A stretch of 64,000 nt of DNA from Isurus oxyrinchus (lineage: Eukaryota): the NCBI GenBank assembly GCA_026770705.1, contig JANJGN010000075.1, positions 248,001 to 312,000 on the forward strand. Reading direction: 5' to 3'. The notes under the pieces are model-generated. The model had not been told where the DNA came from. It made no database searches and saw nothing but the letters and a program-made list of their open reading frames with translations. The translations under genes and the position numbers were made by a program. This document shows, piece after piece, positions 51,525 to 62,494 of this stretch (positions are counted from its first letter, which is position 1; the number at the start of each line of letters is the position of its first letter).

Positions 51525-52689
51525 GTAAGTATCAACATTTCTCTCTGAAGTCCTGACATTGAATAATTAATGCCTTTACTGTTCAATAAATAAGATTGAT
51601 GTAATGGAAATGAGTTTGATTGCTCTAACCAATGGTGTTGTAACATTGATAACTACAAAGCAACATGCATTCTAGCAGTTGCCAGTGCGATAACGCAATG
51701 GAAAAATGTGCTTTTTGACACCTTATCCCATTCCATTTCTGTGCCGAGGATGCCGAGGCAGCAATCCAGTTTTCCACATGGTCACAGATCAATGCTCCAA
51801 TGAATGTTAAAATGATTTCAAAATGTATTTGAATGCCCCATTCAAAGTCCCCACATTTGCTATAAGGACAGAGGAGGCCATTGTATCCTTTATGTCTGTT
51901 CTGTCTTTCTATGCCAGCGTGGCTGGACTATTGGTTCTCTCCTTTGATTAGTTTTGGTTACATTACCCTTAACTACATAAAGTAAACAGGAAACTATCAA
52001 TTTACCTGGGCTCTGGAGCTATTCTGCATTAGTATGTTCAAATATTTCCTCCACTCAGTGCTTTCTGTCAAAACCATCATTGGAAGGTGTTGTTTCACTT
52101 TGGCATTTATTTCTGCTAGTTCTGCACAAGGAACTATTGGACACAGAATCGCTCTATCCCGTCCAGGAAACAGCTAATTTACCTGAAACACTTCTATTTC
52201 GTCAATTTATCTTCTACGCTCAGCATTGTACATGTAGACTGCTGTCATAATTCACACCAAGTAGTCTGGAACTTTTTCTCTAATTCTTCAGAGGTCTAAT
52301 CTCACAAATGTCGCCCCTGTCCACTCAGCCAAGCCTGCGCCACCATCGAGAATTTTTCAATGGATCAAATTGAGCAATTGTCGCTTTCCATCTCGAATCT
52401 TGGCTCACTCAGTTAAAATACAAGCGTTATTCATTTCTATGCACTCTCTTTTCCTACTAGCTTTGACTAAGACCTTGTTCAGTAAAGTCGCACCCCGTTC
52501 TCCTGGTGGCAACTTTTCCCTGACACACCGGATCTGTTTCTGTCGCACTGCAGTACTTATTCTGAGCGTTCAATACCCTTTAATGGTCCCTTGTCACCTT
52601 CCCCTCCATCCAACACCATTATTCACACTTTATTTTGTATAATCCGTAGTTGTCCACCCAACACCAATTCCCTCTGACAGACTCACAGC

Positions 52690-53450
52690 AACACCAGTTT
52701 GCTTTCATTTATATAGCGGCTTTAATGGAGTATCACGGCCCAAGGCGCTTCACGTGAACCAGCATGAAACGATATTAGACACCATGTAACGGACGGAGAT
52801 TTTAGGGCCGGAGGCCAAAATCTATGCCGAACAAGCAGGTATGAAGGTGTATCCTAAAGTAAGGCAGGGAAAGGTGACACAGTGCAGCGAGGAAAGCCCA
52901 AAGCTTCGGGCCCCCAGGCAGCTGAATACGCCAATTGTGGAGCAATGGAAATCTCAAGCGGCCGGAACAAGTGGAGCGCAGAGATGACGGAGTGCAGGGG
53001 TGTTTGGAGGAGATTACACAGAGAGGCTTCGAGGGCCATGGGGGGGATTTCACAACAAGAATGAGCTTATTGTGAAATCTAGGCTTCCCTTCATGGGCTG
53101 GCGACGTGGGAAAATTTACTTCTCTTTGAACCGGTGTCATGTAACAATGGAGCTTATTGCGAATGGAAAGAGCAGACAGCTGATGTTTAGTTAATTTCAA
53201 GTTTACACCCGGTGGAATATGTGGGTTTCGTAAATGTGCAGGTGGAATAGACATGGCTGCAGGTGACAAGAGCAGATCAAAGGACGCGGAGGTGGAATCA
53301 GGTGATGCCACTGAGGCAGATATGAGTTCATAGTGATGGAGCGTGCTAGGTCAACTCAGGGTCAAAGGTGGCACTAAAGTTGTAAAGAGGCTCTCTCAAA
53401 GCCTGATTTTGTCCAGGGAGCGGGATGAAGTCGATGGCTTGGAATGGGGC
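52690..53450 (-). mobile_element. L2-clade LINE 3' fragment
   Basis: Reverse-complement tail catttatatagcggctttaa...cccaaggcgcttcac is typical of L2 ends; decayed ORF2-like frames. Confidence 0.6.
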
Positions 53451-54105
53451 CACTGGGGTGAGGGCTAAGTGTCTGGGGGGTCTAATCCCACGGCCTGCTT
53501 CCCATCAGCATTTTTGGTTTAGCAACACAACACCTGCTGCATCGCCTCAGAGGCACTCAAAATCAGATTCTCAAAGGCAATGAGGGATGGGCAACAATTG
53601 TCAGCCTGGCCAAATGCAATCACTTCAGAATGATTGAATAATTCTTCTGTTTCACAAGGGCAACTCCGTTGTTCGAATTCAAATCCACATGGTTTAAAGA
53701 AGAATTTCATTATCTTTAGTCACATTTTCTCCTCGGCCAAATTGACTATAAATATTGAAAGCTCATCAAACAAACTCTTCCATTCACTTCTATGCCAGGG
53801 TAACATTTCTGATCAAACGTCCAAATTGAAAGACAGCTCCAACTGATTTTGTTTCTTTGGCGTGACTATTTGATTTCCAATATCTCAAAAGTAGCTGCTT
53901 GCAACGCCCGGAGTTACTTAAACCCATCATGTTACTTCAAATATCACACTATTTCTCAGTTTACAAATCACTAAACATCATTTTGTTCCAACTCATTTCC
54001 GATGGAATCATCTTCCTTCAGCACGAACTGAGTCACTAAATTTCCACTGTTACTGAAACCCTGGAGATCCATTCCTAACAGACCTTTATGTTATTTCTTC
54101 CATAG

Positions 54106-54402
54106 ATGCACGAAGAAATCCAAAGATATCACTTGACCAACCGACTGGTGTTTACTTAGAAACAGAGGATGTCACCATTACGTGCACTGTGCAGGCAGTG
54201 ATGATAAACTATTATAATAAAGCCTTCTGCATTTACAAGGATAATCAAGTACTCAGCCTTTCTCCTGTTTCCAAACAGGATGAACGTGCAATGTTCTCGA
54301 TTCCTGCTTTTAACCATGGAGGGTGGTATCAATGTGGATATTGTTCTGGGATTTCACAGTACTTTTCCCCAATGAGCACAGCTGTGATGGTTACTGTAGC
54401 AG
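54106..54402 (+). CDS. Ig C2-like (LRC-type) domain exon, first Ig domain
   Basis: ttcttccatag|...|gtgagt, 297 nt, phase 1-1, open: ARRNPKISLDQPTGVYLETEDVTITCTV...FCIYKDNQ...GGWYQCGY...MSTAVMVTVA. Confidence 0.85.
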
Positions 54403-55144
54403 GTGAGTGACAAGGAACAGAGATTGTAAACAATGATTTTTTTCAAAGTCATTGCGACTTCCAAAACTCCATGTGCTAATTGCTTTCAGAAAATAGAACT
54501 GTAGATAATAGAAGTGAGGGGTAAGATGGAATGACCTTGGATTTCATTGCTTAGTTCCTGTCATATTCCATGAAAGCCAGAGGCCTGAGTGAGTCAGACC
54601 TGACTGTATTGCTGAGGTAACGAGAGGAGTTAAGGCAGCATGAGGAGCGTGTGAATGTACAAAATCAGCTGAAGTATTCTGGCATTGCGGAAATGGACCA
54701 TTGTTGCATGACGTCACAGTGTAACTACAAATCGAGTTGGGTCGCTTATCATGGCAAAGTGACAGCATTGAGGCAGCGCTACACTGTCGGAGTGACATTT
54801 ATATACTCTAGGATTTGATCATTGTAATGCACACAGGCACTCCCCAGCAACGCCCCCCGGCCATGCATTCCAACCCCTCCCCGCCCTCTGCGTTCCCGGT
54901 GTAACTAATGAGGGAGTGCTGCATTGCCGGAGGTAAATTTATATCTCTAGGACTTGAGCCCCATAATCCAGCACGACATTCCTCCAGCGACAGTAACTCC
55001 AGCATTGAAGTTCCCTGACACAGTTAGAGTAAAATGTGAGAGCTGCAATTTAGCAGGACCGTGCTTAAGATGAGACAGTGACAAACCTCTGGTGCATCGA
55101 ATCTCAGGTGCCTGGACGTGGTCTCACTTGCCTTCACCTCACAG

Positions 55145-55433
55145 AACATTAATCGGAAGTCCTGTCCTCTCCTGTCTCCTGTGTGGCAACATGAATCTAT
55201 CAGAACACATCACTCAACATGTGCACGCAATTCGGTCATTGTCTCATTATTCTTTATATGAAAAGATAATCAACCTCTGACCTCTTATCAAATCGTCACA
55301 AAGGACAACATTAAAACATTCATAATGTCCGATACAGAAAAAGGTGGGGGGTACCGTTGTAAATATACAGCCCCCGTGTTGGGAAGGGAGTTGGAATTCC
55401 AGTTCAGTCAATCTGTGAATTTCACGAAAGCAG
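55145..55433 (+). pseudogene. Disabled Ig-domain exon inside the gene
   Basis: ctcacag|...|gtgaat, 289 nt (not a multiple of 3). 3' part reads TCARNSVIVSLFFI*KDNQPLTSYQIVTKDNIKTFIMSDTEKGGGYRCKYTAPVLGRELEFQFSQSVNFTKA, with an in-frame TGA and a frameshifted 5' part. Confidence 0.75.
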
Positions 55434-56018
55434 GTGAATGAGGAGGAACAGCGAATACTAATATGTCTATTCAATCAACCCTGGTAATTTAATAAGAAGC
55501 CAGTTTTCACATTCTCTAACACTCAGCGGGACATTATATTCATCTCTTGTCTAATCCTGATCCGATACATTGACTCATCACTGCCAGTGTCACCATTAAT
55601 CACAGAATGAGAAAATTCAACAGCACAGACCTGAGCACTCGGCCTCTCAACTATTTTTTTCATTTGTTCACGGTTTGTGGCTAGAAATGAAAAGGCAGAG
55701 CTCGATTGCATCTTTTTAGTTGCCCTTTTAAAGCTGTTATATTCGCTCCGAAGTATATGTCTAAAACATCTGACAAATTATCCCTTAGCAATGTTTATCC
55801 AGTTCCGTTTGAAGGTTTGTGTTGAATTTAATATTAGCACGAGTTCCCAGAATAGCTGCCCCTTTGAAGGTGGTGATGAGCCTACTCCTTGACCATCTGC
55901 AATCCTTCTGGTGCATTGAGGAACGCACGCACACGAAACGCCCGGGCACGCGCACACTTGCACAAAGGCAGACAAACACGCGCACACGCACTCACAAAAA
56001 CTCTCCAACACAGACTCT

Positions 56019-56058
<40 letters not shown>

Positions 56059-56366
56059 ATGATTACACGCATACACACAGGAACATATAGCAATACACAG
56101 GTAATTAGAAAGGCTAAAAAGCAGCTGAAATTGTGTCGCAATATTGAAACAAGAATCTGCTTCTGAAATTGCGCTTTGAAATGTATTATTTATTTGGCCA
56201 TTTCAATCAGCGCGCCGACTCACACTTGATCGAAAATTTTCCGTTGATGTAAACATCATCATTCGGCATGGTTAAGTTTACTTTATCGCACCAACAATTA
56301 TTGTATAGTACTCTCGTTCGATTCATTAAAATAGTGTTGCCAATTTTATTTTAATTTTTATCACTG

Positions 56367-56642
56367 AGCCGCCAAGAAAACCACCGATAACACTTAATCA
56401 ATCGAAAGGGCTATGTATAATAAAAAAGACTTTAACCATGACGTGCAATGTGACTGGCGATGATAGGGAGAAACCCGTCAATGTTTACAAAGATGAAGAA
56501 TTCCTGGCAAATGCCAATACTGGGACTTTGCCGGCTGCTGGTAGAAGTAGCAAAGGGCGAGACCGATGTGCATACGGAATTTCCATTGGTGGTCGGCATC
56601 TGACATCCCCAAAGAGCAAGGCTGTGACCGTGACTACCACAG
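56367..56642 (+). pseudogene. Ig-domain exon paralogous to 58754-59047, open frame but acceptor AG changed to TG
   Basis: tatcactg|agccgccaagaaaacca versus ttcccag|agccgctaagaaaacca in the paralog. 276 nt open frame with both Cys, 18 nt shorter than the paralog, YxC changed to DRC, donor gtgagt intact. Confidence 0.7.
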
Positions 56643-57500
56643 GTGAGTGACAGAGAACAGAGATTGTTGACATGAATCTACACGGAACTTGGCACGTTGA
56701 CAAACTCCGATTATTGCAACTAAATGAAGTGGTCAGTGTTTGAGGAAAGGAGTGTTTCAGAAATCCATTGAATCCATTGCTCAAGCCCTGACACTTTTTC
56801 TGAAAAAATGGGCCCTGAATTCACCAGCTGGGCATCAGCTACCACTCCAAGTGTTGAGATTGGAGGCGGAGGAAAGCAGGAGGTGGATGTGAGTGGACAG
56901 TCAGCAGCTGAAGGATCCTGTCACTGACTGAGGGGGCGTCCATTGTTGGGTGACGTCACGGTTTATCTCAGCATTAGGCTATGCTCTTTCTGACATCCTG
57001 TTGCGCCCGAATGTCCAACCACGGCCATTGAACCGGTCACAGAATAGAGGAACAACATTGCAAAAAACACATGTGCTGGGGCATGCTCTACCAACAAATC
57101 GCTTCACCGTTTGCCTTTCATTCTCCACATTAATGCTGTCACTAGCTGCCTTTGTCATGGACTATCTTCATTCATGCCCTTACTAAGAATGCCGCACACT
57201 ATCCTAAGTCAGAAGTTTGTGTCTCTAGAAATGAGAGCCATCACACAGGCCGGCAGTGGCAGTGCTGAGGGAGTGTTGCACTGTCGTAGGTGGTTGCAAA
57301 TACTCAAGGACTTGAGCTCCATAATCCATCCTGGATTCTCCCGGTGACAGGAACTCCGGCATTGAAGTTCCCTGACACAGTTAAAGTAAAGTGGGATAGT
57401 TGCAAATTAGCGGGACCATGTTTCAGATGAAACAGTGACAAACGTCTGGTGTCTCCAAACTCAGGTTTCTGGACGTGGTCCCACTTGCCTTTACTTCAAA

Positions 57501-57766
57501 TAACATTATCACTTAACATGTGCACGCAATTCGGTCATTGTTCCATTAGTGTTTATGTGCAAAGATAATCAACCTCTGTCCTCTTAACAACTCGTCACAA
57601 AGATCAACATTGACACATTCACTGTGCCCGATACAGACCAAGAGGTGGGTGGTGGGGGGGAGTGGGGGAGGGGGGGGGGGCGGACATTGTAAATATAGAG
57701 CCTCAGTCAAGGGAAGGGAGGTGGAATCCCAGCTCAGTGAATCTGTGGTGAATTTCGCTACAGCGG
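57501..57766 (+). pseudogene. Second, more decayed copy of the 55145-55433 Ig pseudo-exon
   Basis: Shares aacatgtgcacgcaattcggtcattg and aaagataatcaacctctg with the 55.2 kb copy. Has a 5' deletion and a poly-G expansion; ends HCKYRASVKGREVESQLSESVVNFATA|gtgac. Confidence 0.7.
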
Positions 57767-58753
57767 GTGACAGTGGGGGAAAAGTGAATATTAATTTGTC
57801 TATTCCATCACTGCTGATAATTTTAAAGGAACCCAGTATTCACATTCTCTAACACGCAGAACAACTTTGTGTTCATCGCTTGTCTAATTGTGATCCGACA
57901 CTGCGCGTGCCACCATTAATCACAAAATGAGTAAATCCAACAGTACAGGCAGGAGCAGTCGTCCTATCCTGCCTATGGAAACTCTTTCAAAAAACTATCA
58001 ACTTTTTCTTAATTTGTTCACAGAAAGTGGCTGGAAATGACAAGAGCAGAAATTAATTGCATCTTCCTAGTTGCCATTTTGAAGCTAAGTTATTTTCACT
58101 CCCAAGCATTTATCCAAAATGTTTGACATATTTTCCCTTAGCAATGTTATCCAGTTCCGTTTGAAGGTTTGTGTTGAATTAACTTTCAGCACAAGTATTC
58201 TCATCAGAACTGCATTTTATATGTTGTGATGAGCCTTCTCCTTGATCATCTGCAAACCATCTCATGCATGGAGGCACACAAGCACACAAAACGCCCGCGC
58301 CTGCGCACGTGCGCGCACACGTGCACACAGTCACACAAACATACGCAGGCAAACACACAGACAAACATACTCACACACACAGACTGGCAAACAGTCTCAC
58401 GCACACCATGTTAAATGCATACACGCGCGCACACACAAACACGCAGGATTGCTCGCATACACTCAGGCACATACAGCAATACACAGAATTCCATATGTCA
58501 GCAAGTAGCTGAAAGTCTGTTGCAATATTTAAACGAGAATCAGTTTCTGAAAGGCAATTTAAATGTATTACTTAGTTCGTCATTTTAATCACCACCCCAA
58601 CTCACCCTTGTTGCAAACTATTTTGCTGTTCTAAACATCCTCCTTCGGTATGGTTCAATTGACCTTGTCGTACCAACGATTACTGTGCATTGCTCTAGTG
58701 CGATTCAATTATAATTGTCTTGCCAAACTTATCTTATTTTAAATTTTTCCCAG

Positions 58754-59047
58754 AGCCGCTAAGAAAACCAGTGATAACACTTGATCAATCGACAGGGGTG
58801 TATGAAATAGGAGAGACTGTCACCATGACCTGCAGTGTGACTGGGGATGATCGTCAAAAATCCTTCAATTTTTACAAAGATGATGCACTGCAGTACTCAA
58901 GGCGAATTGATACAAATGTCAATACTGGAACTTTACAGGTTGCTGGTAAAAGAAGCAAAGTGCGATACCAATGTCAATACGGAATTTCCATCGGGGGTCG
59001 GCATCTAACATCGCCAAAGAGCAAGGCTGTGACCGTGACTACGAGAG
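58754..59047 (+). CDS. Ig C2-like (LRC-type) domain exon
   Basis: tttttcccag|...|gtgagt, 294 nt, phase 1-1, open: EPLRKPVITLDQSTGVYEIGETVTMTCSV...FNFYKD...RYQCQY...SPKSKAVTVTTR. Confidence 0.88.
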
Positions 59048-59933
59048 GTGAGTGACAGAAAACATAGCTTGTCAACATGATTCTTCGCTGGGCTTGGCAC
59101 ATTGACAAATTAAGGTCCTTTTATCGAAATGAAACGGTCACTATTCGGGGGCAGGATTGTTTGTGAAAACCATTGACTTCATTGCTCAAGTCCTGACACT
59201 TTCTCTGAAAGAATGGGCTCTGAATTCACTCGCTGGGCATCAGGTGCAGGTGCAAGTGTTGAGATGGGAAGCGGAGGAAAGCAGGAGGAGGGTGTGAGCA
59301 GGCAATCAACAGCTGAACGATCCTATCACTGAGTGAGGGGGCATCCATTGTTGGATGAGATCATGGCACATCCCGGGAATGGGTTATGCTCTTTCTGATA
59401 ACATGTTTGGCCCGAGTGCCCAACCACGACCAATGAGCCTGTCAGGCATTAGAGGCATCCCATCAAAAATACCACATGTTGTGGGGCAGGATGTGCCGTC
59501 CAATCGTTTCACTGTTTGTCTTTAATTCTCCACATTGATGCTGGCACTAACTGCCTTTGTCATGGACTATCTTCATTCATGCCCTTAATAAGAATGTGGC
59601 ACGCTATCCTAAGTCAGAAGCTTGTGTGATCAACCCCAGCACTAGAAATGAGAGCCATCACTTAGGCCGGCACTCCCCCTGGTGCCAGTTTTGAGCGAGT
59701 GCTGCATTTTCGGAGGCAGATGTCAATGCTCCAGGGCCTGAGCTCCATAATCCAGGCAGACACTTACCCGGTCCCTGCGAGATTGTGTGACGTCCCCTAA
59801 TTAAATAGGACATTAAAACGAGTGCCCAGTCCACCATTCCATGTTGAGGTATTGCAAAACGCTCTATTGCTGTGAGTCAAATCTTTGGGATCTTCGCTTC
59901 GGTATCCATGGGCCAAACATTCATCTTGAAAGA

Positions 59934-59993
59934 ACATCACTGAAGGAAAAACCACATCACTGAAGGAAAAAGCACATCACTGAAGGAAAAAGC
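59934..59993. repeat. 3 x 20-bp tandem repeat
   Basis: acatcactgaaggaaaaa(c/g)c three times. Confidence 0.9.
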
Positions 59994-60337
59994 GCGCTGG
60001 TTTTCCCCGCCACGAATTGATTTCTGTTCATGCGATCATGCTCTCTTCAAATCTGCTTATGACTGTAGCTTATAGACTGATTAATGAACTCACTTCGGTC
60101 ATACTTTCGCAGCCGTACAGCTGTTGGGGAAGGCCGAGTTCCTCATTGGCCTGTATAAATGTGTTTGCTTATCCTCCTTCCTTCGTCAGCAAATCCTGAT
60201 CTCTACATTTGTTAATTCTCAAACACCTAGAAACCCGGTGTCTCGACACAGTTCAGTTGATGTGTTTTTACCCTGCTGCTGTACATGGAAAAGCTCTGAT
60301 CCATTTCTAATTGTTCCCTCAATTAATTTTACCACAG

Positions 60338-60631
60338 GTCCGCTAAAAATCCCAGTGATATCTCTTGATCAAACCACAGGGGTGTATGCAGCAGGAGAGA
60401 CAATCAACATGACCTGCTCTGTGACCGGTGATAATCGCAATAAAATGTTTTATTTTTATAAAGGGTATCAACAGTTGTCCCCTAGTCCAATCATCACAAA
60501 TACCAATTCTTTAAGATTCCCGAATGCCAGTCCAAGCAACAGTGGACAATACCAATGTCAATATAGAATTACCTTCCAGAGCAGGCACTTGGATTCCAAA
60601 TTGAGCCAAGCTGTAACGGTGACCATAGCAG
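60338..60631 (+). CDS. Ig C2-like (LRC-type) domain exon
   Basis: ttttaccacag|...|gtgagt, 294 nt, phase 1-1, open: GPLKIPVISLDQTTGVYAAGETINMTCSV...FYFYKG...SNSGQYQCQY...SKLSQAVTVTIA. Confidence 0.9.
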
Positions 60632-61265
60632 GTGAGTGACAGGGAGCAGAGACTTCAACATTTCTAATTATTGTGTTGGCTGTTTGAAATAATCAATGAT
60701 TCATTCACTTAAAATGTCCCTCATTAAAAATAAGCGGAGAGGGAATCCAAATGTTCTGCGACCTCATTCCACAATTGTGCCCAATGTACCCGCTGTATTT
60801 TGACTGTAATTGCAGCAGCTGGGGTGGGCAGGAGTGGAAAGCAGGTGTATGGTGTAAGGGGCCAGTCAGTAGCTGAAGTGTTCTGTCGCTGGGGGAGGCC
60901 AGCGACCATTGGCGGTATATTCCACAGCCTTAATTGGGATTATATTAGGCACATTATAAACATCACAGATCCTTTCCACACTCCGGTGTTGAATGGTATC
61001 TTCATTCAGTCTCATTGGTTTATTTCCATACTTAAGCTTCCTTCAACTAGGAGAAAATTCCCAGCTCCTCCAATCTCTTTGCAGAACAACGTTGGTATGC
61101 AAAGACGCTGGAGAAGCTGGAAATTTTCTCGTAGAGCAACGAAGGTTAAGTGAGTTTTTCATAGAGCTTTGCAAAATCATTACGAGCAAGATAAAGGAAA
61201 TAAGGAATAAAAGTCAGTTTCGAACTTTGAATCAATAGTTGCTAACTCTTCAATTCCAATTCCAG

Positions 61266-61562
61266 ATCTTCCCGAACCAGACATATCTGTGGACTCTAGC
61301 GCTGTTCTTCTGGGTGGAGCTGTCACATTTAACTGTACAAGCCCCGGGGACAATCCCATCATCGCATTTTACCTATACAGAGAAGGAGATGTGAATCATG
61401 ATGGGTTGAAGTCTGCTGCTTCAGGGAACAATTCTGTCACCTTCACCATCAGGAATATCCATCACTCTGAGATAGGAGATTACACCTGTCGCTATGAAGC
61501 GCTGCTTAACGGAAGAAAGCTAGCCTCAGCTCTGAGTGACCCTGTGCACATCACTGTAACAG
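61266..61562 (+). CDS. Ig C2-like (LRC-type) domain exon of a second domain subtype, probably membrane-proximal
   Basis: ccaattccag|...|gtgagt, 297 nt, phase 1-1, open: DLPEPDISVDSSAVLLGGAVTFNCTS...FYLYREG...VTFTIRNIHHSEIGDYTCRY...SALSDPVHITVT. Matches LILR/KIR/A1BG-type motifs FxLxKEG and SxxSDPxxxxV. Confidence 0.9.
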
Positions 61563-61944
61563 GTGAGTGTGGCTCACAATCAATATATCCATCTAACCGT
61601 AAGAAAATGTGCTCCTGTTTAAATTTCATTCTGTGCCATTTCCTGACTACAGTAACTAGCTCACTTAACAAATAAAAGCAACAAGAAAGTAGAAATTTGA
61701 AGACAAAAATGAAAAGGTAGGAGCTCATTTTGTATTTGATACAGATCCCATGCACACAAGGCCTATTTGGGTGATAATATTTGCTTTAAAGTCTTCAAAA
61801 TATACAAATAATGACATAACGTTAATGTTGATTAATCTGTTTATACCACAAGAAGAGTCAGCAAGCGGTGAAAGAAAAGTTACAGATGGTTCTCTTGGCA
61901 GCAGGGATTGAAACAAAAAACATCAAAGTTGAGGACAGAGTTTA

Positions 61945-62400
61945 TTGTCTGATGTTGTTCAACTCAATATTATGTCCAAAAGTCTTTAAACTTCCTAAGC
62001 ATAAGATGAGTTGCTTTTCCTCCACTTTATGTTGGCTTCACTGGAACATTACCAGAGGTCAAGGGTGGACATGTGGGCATCAGAGCAGGATGGCCTGTTG
62101 AAATGGCAGCAGCAGGAAGGTCTGGTTCATGCTTGTGGACAGATCAAAAGTGTCCTTAAAATAAGTGACCCAATTGGCATTTGGTGTTCCCAATGTAGTG
62201 GAGACCGCTTTTTGACCAGTAAATCCAGTTGACTAAATTTATGGCGGTGCAAGTGAGGTGCAGTAACCATCCTCTGCCATTTCCACCAACGCCAGCATGA
62301 CTCCACCATGAAATACGTTTTCCCTTCACTTCTCGTGCCAGCATTTCCTCCAAGAGACACCCAAGCACTCGTCCGTCACCACCAATAGCTTGCTACAACA
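61945..62400 (-). mobile_element. Decayed Penelope-like GIY-YIG fragment
   Basis: Homologous to 29470-29730 (gcttcactggaaca...gacatgtgggca...ccaatgtag.ggagacc); ORF 62156..62368 has GLHYIGNTKCQLG. Confidence 0.8.
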
Positions 62401-62494
62401 CCTTTCCATGCAATCGCAGAAGATATAAAACCTACTGAAGTTTTTTCCATTGGTAAATGGCAACTGCCATGCCTTTGTCACACGCTCTCCCTGG

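Larger units (their letters stand above)
54900..59770. repeat. Intragenic tandem duplication, two units of about 2.4 kb, each holding two Ig exons
   Basis: Anchor gacttgagc(t/c)ccataatcca recurs at about 54951, 57309 and 59736. Introns and exons align unit to unit. Confidence 0.85.

Noticed and set aside
54106-61562. Rearranging Ig/TCR V segments or RSS-flanked cassettes
   Set aside because: Exons end in GT donors, not heptamers. The CACAGTG occurrences checked (near 14011, 31888, 43775, 54715) lack a nonamer at 12/23 spacing, and the domains lack V-type WYxQ motifs.
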